This document shows, in pieces, positions 23,450 to 36,340 of a DNA stretch of 64,000 nucleotides. This DNA comes from Felis catus (taxonomy: Eukaryota). Position numbers and translations under genes: made by a program. The stretch is taken from positions 153,018,001 through 153,082,000 of the forward strand of contig NC_058368.1 in assembly GCF_018350175.1 (NCBI RefSeq), written 5' to 3'. Position 1 is the first letter of the stretch. Every line of letters starts with the position of its first letter. Under the pieces are notes generated by a model. It was not told where the DNA came from. It ran no database searches and was given only the letters and a program-made list of their open reading frames with translations.

Positions 23450-25680
23450 CTTTCTTTTTCTATTTTATTTTTGAAAGAATTTTAAACACAGAAAAATTGC
23501 AAAAATTGTCAGCATTTACATACACCCTTCACCCTAGGTACACACACACATACTTACGTAGCCATGGCACGATGATCAAAACCAAGATATTAACTGTGAT
23601 AAATAACTATTAATTAAATGGCAGACTTTGCTCAGAGTTACCCAGTTTTCTCCACAGTGTCTTTTTCTGTTCCAAAATCCAGTGCTGGATTCCACATGTC
23701 ATTCAGTGATTACATCTCTTTGGCTCCTCCAATCTGACAGTTCCTCTGTCTTCCCTTGTTTTTACTTTTGATAAGTACTGGTCAATCATTTTATAGAATG
23801 TCTCCAAACTTGGTTTTATTTAATGTTTTCCCATGATTATATGGAGAGTATGCATTTTTTTTGTTTGTTTTGCAAAAATGGCACACGATATTAAAGTACA
23901 AGTTTTTGTGTGTCATCCAACATGTTTTCGGTTCTCTTGGATATATACCTAAGAGTGGAATTGTTGGGTCATATGATTTAACTTGCTGCTTTCAAGATTC
24001 TCTCCTTGTCTTTGTCTTTCAGCAGTTTAATTATGATATGTCTAGATATGGTTGTCACTGGTTTCTCCTAATTAAGGTTTGTTGAGCTTAATGTGCAAAT
24101 TAATGTTTTTCATCAGATTTGGGAAGGTTTTGGCTGTTATTTCTCCAGATATTCTTTCTATCCCTTTCTCTCCTCTTTTGGGACACTTAGTATTCATTTG
24201 TTGATAAGCTTGATGATGTCCCAGGAGCTCTGAGGTTCTGTTGATTTTTCTTCATTATTTTTCTTTCTGTTGCTCAGACTTGATGATCTCAACTGACCTA
24301 TATTCTTATTTACTGGTTCTTTCTTCTACCTGCTCAAAACTGCTGTTGAGCTTGTCTAATGAAATTTTCATTATAGTTATTATACTTTTTAACACTAGAA
24401 TTTCTGTTGGCATTTGGGTTTTTTTATTTGTTTGTTTTGGGGGAGTCTGGTGTTTTTTTTTAGCAATTTCTTTCTCTGTGTTGGTATTCTTTATTTGGTG
24501 AGACATCATTCTTATATACTCATTTAGTTCTTTACACATGGTTTCTTTTATTATTTGAACAAATTGTAAGTAGCTGGTTTAAAGTCTTTATCCAGTAGAT
24601 TTAATATCCGGTTTTCCTCAGTGATAGTAACTTTGCTTGCTTTTTTTCCCCCTGTATATGGACCATACTTTCTTATTTCTTTCAATGTGTTGTAATTTTT
24701 GTATAGAACTGGATATTCTAAATAATATAATGTGGAAAATCTGAAAATTATATTCTCCCTTTTCCTCAGGGTTTGTTGTTTCTGCTCATTTCAGTAGTAG
24801 TTCTTCATTTATTGAGTTTTATGAACTAATTCTATAAATGTATAAAACTAAATTCTATAAATATTCTTTGCCAGTGGCCACTGATCTGTGTTCTGTTAGT
24901 TTAGTGATTAATGATTGACAATTATTTCCTTAAATGCTTGGAACCAAGACATCTCCCACTCTTTACCAAGTGGTTCTTTTTTTTTTTTTATGAAATTTAT
25001 TGACAAATTGGTTTCCATACAACACCCAGTGCTCATCCCAAAAGGTGCCCTCCTCAGTACCCATCACCCACCCTCTCCTCCCTCCCACCCCCCATTACCA
25101 AGTGGTTCTATGTGCATGTTAGAACATGACTTCAACATTCCACCAGGAAGTTGACAACTACCCCTTAGCCTTCACTTCCTGCTTATGTAGGCCTTCAAGG
25201 TCAACCAGTGATGAGAGAGCCTAAGGGCTTCTCAGGTTTTTCCTGAGCATGGGCACAGTCCTAGGCATGAACGTGAATTTCTAAATTCTCAGGAATATAT
25301 TGGTCCCCTCCAAGGCCTCTGTGGACATCACATACCCCAGCTTTTCTTACAATCTTCTTGGTTTGTCTGTTTGCCCCAGTTGTTTTTGTTCATTAGTTCA
25401 GGAAGCCATGAAGTTAAATCACTTGCTTTACATTGTTTTTAATAAGCAACCCCGTCCCTTTCACCCCCTCATTCTTACCGTCCACCCAAGGAACAGAATT
25501 TCTGTACTGGCTGGACTCTGAGACAGGTCAAATATAGAAATATCCTTGTACATTAGGGCTTTCATTAGAAATGAAGCTTTCAAAGAGTGACAGCTGCATT
25601 CTCCCACCCAAATTTCTTCCCTAGTGGCTACTAGACTGTGCCAGGAATGCGAGTTGTTATTTTTCAAGGCCACATGAAAC
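23450..25680 (-). mobile_element. Old LINE-1 (L1M-type) remnants: 3' UTR piece, ORF1 piece and 5' region
   Basis: ctttcaagattctctccttgtctttg; tttgggaaggttttggctgttatttct; ORF 24306-24539 resembles the ORF1p coiled coil. Confidence 0.7.
24978..25094 (-). mobile_element. Young, extremely 5'-truncated feline L1 (117 bp)
   Basis: Perfect 15-bp TSD ttaccaagtggttct (24963-24977 and 25095-25109); near-identical to 61030-61138. Confidence 0.95.
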
Positions 25681-25879
25681 TAGAGACCAGTTCTGATATT
25701 TAAGCAATCCAGTATTACAGAAATATGCTTAACTCTAGAACACCCAAGTACTGAAATGCGGGAACATAAAACAGTATACTTCAGCAACCTCACTATACTA
25801 AATATGTCAGGAGATGTGTCTGTAGATTTTTCTTCGATTGGAGTGCAGTGGAAAAGGCAGCTTTGGAGGTAGATGGACA

Positions 25880-26075
25880 AGGAGTCAAATACTGACCATG
25901 CCATATTCTGATTCTGTGACCCTGCACAAGTTGCCCTCTAAGAGCTTGAAGTTCCCATCTGTAGAATAGGTGTAATAAAAACCTGTGTCTTAGAAATGTG
26001 ATGTGGATTGATTGAGATGATAAATGTAAAAAAAAATGCATGTGAATGTACAGTGTCTGGCACACAGGAGGGGTC
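25880..26075 (+). mobile_element. MIR
   Basis: tgtgaccctgcacaagtt...cccatctgtagaataggtgtaataa...cagtgtctggcacacag. Confidence 0.65.
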
Positions 26076-26401
26076 AGTTTGTGAAAGCCTAATTTATCAG
26101 TCTGTGAATGTGTGTCTCATATGAAGTAATAATTACATGTAACCTATCAGATAAGCCTGTCTAAATATTATTGGCCCTATAAATTCGTAAAGGGTTGCTT
26201 ATCATTTTATTACCTCCAGATATTCTGATACTATTATTTAAATTATTTCTATCATTTTCTTTTGCATCTTTGACATTAATATTGCAAACAGTATATTCTT
26301 TAATATTTCTGAAACTCAGAAGCTTTTATCAGCCTAACATAAAGAGTTTTGTTTTGGTCATAAATGAGGGGAAAAATACAACTAAAGCTTTCCATATTTT
26401 A

Positions 26402-27232
26402 TATAACAGAATACCATACACGGGGTGACTTTAAACAACAAACATTTATTTTTCATAGTTCTGGAAGCTCACAGTCCAGATCAGAGTGCCAACATGGTCA
26501 GGTTCTTGGTGAGGGCCCTCTTGCAGGTTATGTCCTCATGTGGCCTTCCTGGGTGCATGCACAGAGAGATCCTGTGTTTCCTAATCTAAGAATTTGTTTG
26601 CTCATAGTGAAAAAAATGCATGACTTAATTTTAAAATTGATTACAGTTTAGTTAAAAAACTGTATTTTAGAATTTAAAACTGTGTTTTAGAATTTCAGTT
26701 TCTTAGTGTTTTAGCATATTTTACTCTTGATATTTTTGATAAATCTTTTTTTTAACAAATCTTAATTATAACCTCTTCTGATTATCCTGATCCTGAGCTC
26801 AATTACCCATTTTATAAATTATTCAATCCTCTGAAAACAATCTAATTTAGTTAGCTATATTAGGAGACATTGTTGTTAATATAGAAGACAAATCTGTATG
26901 CTCTAAATTAGAACTAAGCAGAAGTAATAGTGGTCTATTGGAAGTATGATATCACATGAGAGTCTTTATTTTATTAAATTACTTAAAAAGAGAATCATGA
27001 AAAAATGATCATAAATATAGAGAGCCTGTTTACTTATTGTCTAAGATTAGAGAATATTGTCATAAATGAATAAAGGAGGAGTATTATCAGGATCTTACCA
27101 TGAGGCCCCACCCTCATGACCTAATCCAACAATAATTACTTCTCAAAGGCTCCACCTCCAAAAACATCACATTCAGGGTTAAGGTTTCAATGTAGGAATT
27201 TTGTGGCAGACAGAAATATTCAGTCCATGGCA
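26402..27232 (-). mobile_element. MLT1A-type ERVL-MaLR solo LTR split by a 510-bp insertion
   Basis: Left part ataacagaataccata...catagttctggaagct...tccagatca (26402-26585); right part catgaggccccaccctcatgacctaat...attcagtccatggca (27096-27232). Confidence 0.85.
26586..27095 (+). repeat. Derived copy of 21798-22273 inserted in the LTR
   Basis: About 9 substitutions and 1 small indel over the 3' ~340 bp (hand count). Confidence 0.95.
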
Positions 27233-27253
27233 GGTATTTTTAAAGTTTACCTA

Positions 27254-27462
27254 GGGGAGCCTGGGTGGCTCAGTCGGTTAAGTGTCCAACTTCAGCTTAA
27301 GTCATGTTCTCATGGTTCATGAGTTTGACTCCTGCATCGGGCTCTGTGCTGACAGCTCACAGCCTGGTGCCTACTTCAGATTTTGTGTCTCCCTTTCTCT
27401 CTGTCCCTCTCCTGCTTGCGCTCTTTCTCTCTCAAAAATAAATGTTAAAAAAAATTTTTTTT
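27254..27462 (+). mobile_element. CanSINE
   Basis: TSD aagttta(c/t)cta. Confidence 0.92.
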
Positions 27463-27795
27463 AAGTTTATCTAAATGTGAATGTAATCTGAAGTAAATGA
27501 TTAAATATCCATTTTAGTTCCAGGGAATCATTTTTGATCAGGCCACAAGCTGTGAAAATTAGTAGAACTTTAGTCTCATTTTTGTTGAAAGATGAAGAAC
27601 TGTGTTCTTCTGTGTCCAGAAACAGCCGGGTTATTCTAAAATTATTCTCAGAGTAAAGTTTCCTGTAAATATTTTTGCTTATACCGACTTCATTTGTATC
27701 AACAATGGCTCTTTCCAAGTCTTAATACTTACTATAATAACATCAGTATATTAATGTGTAACAATCACTTATAACTCCATCACAAAGATAATTTG

Positions 27796-27796
<1 letters not shown>

Positions 27797-27847
<51 letters not shown>
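27797..27847. repeat. (GATA)12 microsatellite at a SINE tail
   Basis: Read directly. Confidence 0.95.
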
Positions 27848-27869
27848 TTTTTTAATGTTTGTTATTTAT

Positions 27870-27901
<32 letters not shown>

Positions 27902-28048
27902 CAGGGGAGGGGCAGAGAGAGAGGGACACAGAGAATCCCAACCAAGCCACAGGTTATCAGCACAGAGCCTGACATAGGGCTTGAACCCACAAACCATAAG
28001 ATCATGACCTGAGCCAGACACTCAACCAGCTGAGCCCCCAGGTGCACC
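27848..28048 (-). mobile_element. CanSINE with (GA)n
   Basis: Reverse-complement SINE body. Confidence 0.88.
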
Positions 28049-28098
28049 TCTGGGGCATGTGTGTGTGTGTATTTTTTAACCTTTTTTCTATGTATATG

Positions 28099-28106
28099 CA
28101 CACACA

Positions 28107-28148
<42 letters not shown>
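28099..28148. repeat. (CA)n microsatellite
   Basis: Read directly; one AG interruption. Confidence 0.95.
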
Positions 28149-28154
<6 letters not shown>

Positions 28155-29279
28155 TTCACATATATTTGAATATATACATTCTCAATAAAAGCAGGATACC
28201 TTATGTACTATTTTGCAGTTTACTTTTTATGTGACAGTTTTCTATATCAGTATATATTAATCATATTTTGTCCTATAGTGTTTTGTTATTTCACCAACCC
28301 TCTATCGTTAGACTTTTGAACTATGTCTAGTTGGGTTTTTTTAATAACACTGTTGTAATGAATATCCCTATAGAGTATAATGTTTGTTGTACTTCTGTTA
28401 ATATTTTCCGTAGGATGAATTTTGAGCAATGGAATGGCTCATTTAAAGGACACCTACATAATTTTTTACTTTAAAATATATTACCAGAGTGTTTTCTAAA
28501 ATAACAAATAGCAAATCATAACAGAGCCTGTTGCCCCACATTCTTGCCAGTTCTGGGTATCCTAAGTTTTTTTTCAGTGTTTGCCGATGTGAAATTTTAT
28601 AAAAAAATTTTTTTTCAAATTTTTATTTCTTTAACAGTTAGTATGTTTTAATAGCTTATTTTATTTTGTACCAGACATTATACTAAGTACATGGTCTCAT
28701 TTATATATCTTTGCATAGCTTTATTTAGCATTTTTCTTTTGTCAGTTGTTTGTTCATCTCCCTGCATTAATTTTTCTGATTGTTCATGTTTTCCAATAAT
28801 TTGAAGTGTTTGTTTTCTTTTTCTTTTTTAAAAGGTGAGGTTGGCTATGTTAGGGCTATTACTTTTGTCTCCCTTGAATTTTTATTTCTCTATTAACACA
28901 TCATTCTCCTATCCATTTTTAAGGAAATTTTACATCTTAATGTATGAGATGAGCTTTTGTGTGATATCAGATCATTTCAGAGAATCATTTGTGTGCTAAT
29001 TAAAGTTTCCAAGTACAATAATAGTACATTGAGAACATTTAAAGTGATTTACTCAGGGTCAAAATGGTGAAAGTGTGTTGCCACAAGACCCTCAGTCTGA
29101 ATTCATCCTAATTTATTAACTAGAGGCAGAATCAGGAAGACTAATGATTACTTATCACTGCAAAGTGCTAAGGACTTGGATATTTGAAATATCAAGCCAA
29201 ATAAAGTATTAAGAAATAACTAATTGTAAAGCTGTAGGAGATGGAGTTGTAGTGATAGAGATGTTTGTGAAATTGCATT

Positions 29280-29496
29280 TTTTTAAATTTTGTTTTAATG
29301 GTTTGTTTATTTTTGAGACAGAGAGAGAGCCAGCGCGGGGATGGAGCAGAGAGAGAGGGAGACACAGAATCCAAAGCAGGCTCCAGGTTCCAGGCTGTCA
29401 GCATAGAGCCCAATGCAAGGCTCGAATTCATGAACCATGAGATTATGACCTGAGCTGAAGTCAGATGCTTAACCAACTGAGCCACCCAGGCGCCCC
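29280..29496 (-). mobile_element. CanSINE
   Basis: TSD aaattgcatttt. Confidence 0.93.
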
Positions 29497-30281
29497 TAAA
29501 ATTGCATTTTATCTTGCTTATTTATTTAAAAAATTTTAGGGACCAAATGCAAAAGTTGGTCAGCTTTCATTTTCAGATGTTTTGTATTACAAGGTATTTT
29601 GCAATATCTCAAAAATTCTCATTTGAAAAACTGAAAAAGCTTATACAACCACAAATGACCACGTGTGTATTAGTTCAGGAAACAAATCAGTTATTTATAG
29701 CGGAAGTTCTGTTGAAGATAATTCTAATGAAAAAGGAAATGCCCACAAATATAAACATTGTGTCAAAGAGGATACTTGGTACAACCTAAGAAAACCATTC
29801 CCTGCTTAAAAAGATTTTCTGACAGTTGATTTTCAGGTTGTATTTTTTACTTTGTAACTTCTCAGGGCAAGGATATCTGCCTGCTATTTCTTTTTCTTAA
29901 AATAATTTCTTATTATAAAATAAATGTTTATTTTAGAAACTATGGAAAACTTAGAAATATAATTTTGAAAAATAAAAATCAGATATATTTCCATTATTCC
30001 TATATTATTTCCATTATTCCTATATTAGCACTTCTAATTGTTGATATGTTTCTGTTTATGTCCTGATTTACATATTTTGGGTTTTATAGTACAAAGTTGG
30101 GATTACACAATTCTGTCTCCTTATTTCACTTAATGTTATATCATTAGAATTTCCCATACCATTAAGTGTACCTCAGCATTTTTTACTGGCATCACAGTGT
30201 CTTTCTCACGATAGAATTTGTCATATCATGTTTATCATTTCCCAGCTTTGGACATTTAAGTTCTTCCCTGTCCCCATTTTT

Positions 30282-31711
30282 TTTTTTTTAATTTAAATCC
30301 AAGTTAGTTAACATGTAGTGTAATAATGGTTTCAGGAGTACAATTTAGTGATTCACCACTTACTTATAACACAACAGTGCTCATTCACAATTAGTTCTCT
30401 CCTTAATGCCCATCACCCATTTAGCCCATCCTCTACCCACCACCCTTCCAGCAACCCTCAGTTTGTTTTGTTTTAAGGGTCTCTTATGGTTTGCCTCCCT
30501 CTCTGTTTTTATCTTATTTTTCCTTCCCTTCCCCTATGTTCATCGGTTTTGTTTCTTAAATTACACATATGAGTGACATTATTTATCTTTCTCTGACTTA
30601 TTTCGCTTAGCATAATACATTCTACTTCCATCCACATTGTTGCAAGTGGCAATATTTCATTTTTCTTATCACAGTAATATTCCATTATATTTATATACAC
30701 CACATCTCTTCTATCCATTTGTCAGCCGATAGACATTTGGACTCTTTCTGTAATTTGGCTATTGTTGATAGTGCTGCTATAAACAGTGGGGTGCATATGC
30801 CCCTTTGATTCAGCAGTCTTGTATCTTTTGGATAAATACCTGATAGTGCAATTGCTGGGTCATAGGGTAGGTCTATTTTAATTTAATTTTTTTTTCTTGC
30901 CTCTGGGTCCTGGACACAATATTTTTTAACTTTTGAGAAACCTCCATACTGTTTTCCAGAGCACCTGCACCAGTTTGCATTCCCACCAGCAGTGCAAAAG
31001 GGTTCCTCTTTCTCCGCATCCTCCCCAACATCTGTTGTTGCCACAGTTGTTAATTTTAGCCATTCTGACAGGTGTGAGGTGGTATCTCATAGTGGTTGTG
31101 ATTTGTATTTCCCCAATAATGAGAGATGTTGAGCATCTTTTCATGTGTCTGTTAGCCATCTGGATGTCTTCTTTGGAAAAGTGTCTGTTCATGTCTTTTG
31201 CCCATTTCTTTACTGGATTATTTATTTTTTAGATGTTGAGTTTGGGAATTTCTTTATAGATATCGGATACTAACTTTTTATTTGACATGTCATTTGCATA
31301 TATCTTCTCCCGTTCTGTTGGTTGCCTTTTAGTTTTGCTGATTGTTTCGTTCACTATGCAGAAGCTTTTTATCTTGATGAGGTCCCAATAGTACATTTTT
31401 GCTTTTGTTTGCCATGCCTTGAGGGACTGTCTAGTAAGAAGGTGCTACAGCTGAGATCTAAGAGGTTGTTACCTGTGTTCTCCTCGAGGATTTTGATGCT
31501 TTCTTGTCTTACATTTAGGTCTTTCATCCATTTGAGTTTATTTTTGTGTATGCTTGAAGAAAGTGGTCCAGGTTCATTCTTTTGCATGTTGCTCTTCAGT
31601 TTTCCCAACACCTTTTTCCAGTAGCTGTTCTTTCCTGCTTTGTTGAAGATTAGTTGACCATACATTTGTGAGTCCATTTCTCGGTTCTCTGTTCTGTTCC
31701 ATTGATCTATG
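30282..31711 (-). mobile_element. 5'-truncated carnivore L1 (~1.4 kb; ORF2 C-terminus plus 3' UTR, degraded)
   Basis: ORF fragments [24 protein letters not shown]...[10 protein letters not shown]; poly(T) at left; probable TSD tgtc(c/a)ccattttt. Confidence 0.93.
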
Positions 31712-31865
31712 TGTCACCATTTTTAATATTGAAAAATCTGCAGTGATTGTGCTATGTCACATTTCCATAGCACAGATTCCTTAAAATGAAATTACTAGAT
31801 TAAAGATACATTTTTAGAAATACTAAAATTACAAAACTGTCATCCAAAAAGTTTGAAAATACAGA

Positions 31866-32523
31866 GTCACCTGGGTGGCTCAGTCAGTTGAATGTCTGAC
31901 TCTTGATTTCTGCTCAGGTCATGATCTCACAGTTCGTGGGATCGAGGCCTGCTTGAGCTCTGTGCTGACATCATGGAGGCTCCTTGGGATTCGCTCTCTC
32001 CCTCTCTCTGTCTCTGCCCCTCCCCTGCTTGTGTGTATGTGTGTGCACATACTCTCTCTCAAATAAATAAACATTTTTTAAAATGTTAAAAATATAATCC
32101 TTTTTTTAAAAATTTATCTGAGAGAGAGAGAAAGAGCACAAGTGGAGGAGGAGCAGAGAGAGATGGAGAGAGAGAATCCCAAGCAGGTTCCACACTACCA
32201 GTGTGGAGCCCAATTTGGGGCTCAAACTCAAGAACTGCAAGATCATGACCTAAGCAGAAGTTGAACATCTAACCAACTGAGTCACCCAGGCACCCCAAAA
32301 ATATAATCTTAATGATATTTCTTTTGTTTAAATATTTATTTATTTTTGAGAGAGAGCATGAATGTAGGAGGGACAGAGAGAGAGGAATATACAGAATCTG
32401 AAGCAGGCTTCAGGCTCTGAGCTGTCAACACGGAGCCTAATGCAGGGCTCAAGCTCACGACCATGAGATCATGACCTGAGCCAAAGTTGGACTCTTAACC
32501 TACTGAGCCACCCAGGTACCCCC
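31866..32523. mobile_element. Cluster of three CanSINEs: 31866-32080 (+), 32100-32296 (-), 32325-32523 (-)
   Basis: Heads and tails read directly; TSDs aaaatataatc and cttaat(g/a)atatttctt. Confidence 0.9.
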
Positions 32524-32604
32524 TTAATAATATTTCTTGAGAGTACCAGTCTCCCAACACTAATGCTAGTCTTGATTATGAGCTTTTTGATTTTGATAGG
32601 TAAA

Positions 32605-33130
32605 TGTGGTATATTAAGGCTCTCCAGAGAAAAAGAATCAATACAATATAGTTAGCTGGGTAGATAGATAGATACATGGATATAAATTTATTATAAGGAA
32701 TTGGTTTATGAGATTATGGAGGCCTGCAATTACCACAGTCGGCAGGGAAAGTTAGCAAGCTGGAGATGTAGAAGAACAGATAGTGTAGGTGTGGTTCCAT
32801 TCTAAAGGCCAGGAGGCTTGAAACCCAGGAGCAGCCAGTGTTCCAGTTGGTGTCTGAGGGGGGAAGAAAGCCAATGTCCAGTTCAAAGACCATCGGGCAG
32901 GAAGAATTCCCTTTTATTCAGGGGAAGATCCAGGGGTTTTTTGTTCTATTCAGGCCTTCAGCTGATTGAATGAGGCCCACCCACATTGAGAGCAATCTGC
33001 TTTACTCAGTTTATCTATGTACTTAAATGTTAGTCTCATCCAAAAACAATTTTACACACACATCCAGAGAAATGTTTGACTAAATATCTGGGCCTCTCAT
33101 GGCCCAGTCAAGTTGACATATAACCAGCAT
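32605..33130 (-). mobile_element. MLT2-type ERVL solo LTR
   Basis: tctccagagaaaaagaatcaata...ttattataaggaattgg...tgaggcccacccacattg...ggcccagtcaagttgacat. Confidence 0.85.
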
Positions 33131-35689
33131 ATGCAATGAAATAATGTTTTGTTGCTATTTATTTAATGAGACCAAGGAGTTTGAATACACTTTTATATAT
33201 TTATTGGCCATTTGTACCTGCTTGATAAACTGTTTGTATCCTTAGTTTTCTTTTGTCTCTCTGCCTCAGTTGAGTGGTCCAATCTTAGACATTTTATTTG
33301 CTATTTTCCCATTGTTTTAAAATCAAAGATACCAAAGTATCCTGAGTACTTATCACTAGACCTTGTGTTCTATCTACATGATTACAATAATCACACCTTT
33401 TTTTTTCTTAATCATTTTTCAAGTCTGACTTTTTCCATGCGCCCTGCCACAGCTACTGAGGTCTGTGTGTCCTCTTAGTCATTCGGGTTTCTGCATCGCC
33501 ATACTGCTCATCCCTGCTTCCAATACAGATTTGACTTGTTATTGCATATTTCCCCGCTCCTTTTGTCCCCTTGATACCTCCCTCAGAATACTTTTGTCTG
33601 GACCTTACTTTGCTTCTTTCCTTAGGCTTTGTCTTTTTGGATTATATTTAGAGTTTTAAGCCATTTTCTAAAATTTTTGTTCTGGTCCCCATTATAATTT
33701 TCAAAACCATCATCTTTTTTTCTGGCATTTGCAGGTTTTACTTTTTCTTTTCATGTATCCCATGTTGGTTATTTTTAAAAAGCATTTACTCATTCTAGAA
33801 TGAGATCTCCCTGGAGCCTTGTGTTATTCAATACACGAAATTTTGATTTGGGGTTTTGCTCACCTTTGTTCTTAGTTATTATAGGGAATCTCTTTAAATA
33901 CAAATCTTGATTTAAGGTTTATTTACATAGTAACATACATAGTAAGGTCTATGTGTATAGCACAGTTAACAGTAATTAACAGCATGCATCTACTGTAGGT
34001 CTATAAGAAAGAAGTGTAGTTTTCAGCTACCCACATAGGTAGTCATCTGGCACTTTAAATCAGTTGAATACATGAAAAATGTGAGCCCCCAAAGACATTG
34101 CTGCCAGTTTTTTCCTGTCTCTCTGCCTCTGTAATGTATCTTTCCTGGGAACCATACCTCTCCAAATGCCGTAGCCAAACACATTCCCCTTTACTCCTAC
34201 TGCCCCCGTGGATTTGGTGAACTGCATCCTTGGAAATAATAGATAAAGATCATCAGGACCAATTTAAGGGGTGCAGTGCTGGCAGAAGAAAAGGAACCGT
34301 GGCTGTCTCACCAAGAAATTCCTGTGATCTGCCCAGCTTCCTAGTTGATAGAGATCCTAGCTCTTTTTAAAGCTAAATGAATACTTATGTGAACCATTAG
34401 ATAAGTTATTTCTTCGTGGAAAATTTAGGTGCAAAGAGGTGCAAATCCAGAACAATTATAAGTAGCATAGCCAGAATTACACCCAGTGTGTCTGACTTAT
34501 CTGTAGTTCCATAGCTGCTCCCACACACACATACTGGAAATCCTAGTCTACTTGAAACAGTGTAACTGATGTCTTTTATTTGAAAATCTGACAGTTATTC
34601 AGAAGGTAGAGGAAGCAGTAAGGCAAACAGCTTGACATAATTCTGTTTAATTTTAGAAATAGAAATGATAAGATCCAGCAGAAAATAACCCTCGCCAAAT
34701 GGAGCTTTTGATAAACAGAGAAGGAAATCCTGAACATAAGTAGATATGTGTGCACACTAAAATTTAGGAAGATCAGTTTTGAAACAGATAAAAAATTGGA
34801 GAACATTTCATTACTGGAGATTCTGAAAAACAGTGGCAGAGGAATGAAAGTTTTAAGAATGAACTTCAAATGGAGTGGTTGAAAATAATTTTAAAAAGAG
34901 GGAGAAAAGAGGAAGGCAGTCATCAGAATCAATCTGGGGGTGTGTATTCTCATTTGGGGAGGGCTCAGAATAACAAGGGCAGGCATAATGAAAGAAAGTA
35001 TAAATATATCCTAGAGGAAAAGATTGGCTAATGTAGGAAAAGAAGAACTTAAACTAAAATGAAGTGAGGCTTGTTAAAAATGATAAAATGACAAGTGGAG
35101 GAAAGGAGAGGCCATTGAAAGTTTTTGTTAAGATTAAAAATACCCTCTACAGTGGAGAAAACCTCTATAGGGAGGCATTTAATATTAGAAAAAGAAAAGA
35201 TGATTCAGTTCGATTTTGCTTTCACTTTCTCCATCAAGTAGAAAGAATCTCTAGAGAGGGAAGAAAAGAGCTACCAGTAAAAGACCTGAACTCTCAAAGT
35301 GAGCTGGTTATGTGAGCATCTAGGCGTCCTAAGTCACTTCACATTTCTCTTCCTGCTTGACTGATAAAATTCAAATATGAGAGAATTTGAGGAACCAACA
35401 TTGAGGAATGTGGAATGCAGGACAGTTCTGTAATAGAAAACAAATGGAAAATAAGTGAATATTGTCCCCAGTTTCATAAATTGGATTCTCAGTCTTCCTG
35501 GTCCTGAAAAAAATTCCCAATATCTTCGTAAATTGATGCCTTAAGAACACTTAGAAAAAAAGAAACCCGTGATAAACTAAAAGATAACGTACACTATTGG
35601 ACCAATTTCCTTTATAAGGAGTGTACCAGTATACTCTCTATAGGAGAATGCTATAGACATTGTAATCTGTGTCATTTTTTCCCATTGTT

Positions 35690-36110
35690 TGTTAATGACA
35701 TGATGGTAAACTATGGACTGGATGTAGCTGAGTTGTTTTATGCTTGCTTAAATCAGCGTACCTAAAGAGTATGGCTTTACTAATTCGTTTTGAATTCTAA
35801 AGAGAAAGAGAAATTGCTGGAAAACAGTGGCATGCATGTCAGTAGGAGACTGATCATGATGTTTAGGAGGATGTCACATGACATCACAGAGAAGGTTTGT
35901 GGACCTGTCCATAGCTTCATAGATAGATAGAAGCATAGATAGATATGCTTTGTCTCTAAAGCGTAACAGAACACAGCTTTCTTCAAATCTGTGAAGAACT
36001 GACTTAACAAAAACAGAGACCAGAAGAGTCAACTTGGAGAGTCAAACGCTGATTGGAAGTTAATTAAATGGCTTCTAAAGTTCCTTTCCCCTCAGTGTTT
36101 TATAATTTGA
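35690..36110 (+). mobile_element. Possible CR1/L3 remnant
   Basis: atggactggatg...; agctttcttcaaatctgtgaagaactg; ttctaaagttcctttcc. Confidence 0.35.
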
Positions 36111-36340
36111 TTCTCTTTTATAAATCTGAAAAAATTTTTAAATCTGATGTATATTTTTAATTGTTTTTAAAAATAGACTGCTACATTCAATCCTACACTA
36201 AAGGAGCCTACTTTGTATAATTTTTTAGAATTCATTTTAAACTTTATTGTTTTTCTATGCTTGTTTTAGAGTAAATGCTCAATAAATACTCAGTAAATAA
36301 ATTTGGTTGACCAATTTGCTTTAAGAGTTTAGTTGTTGTA

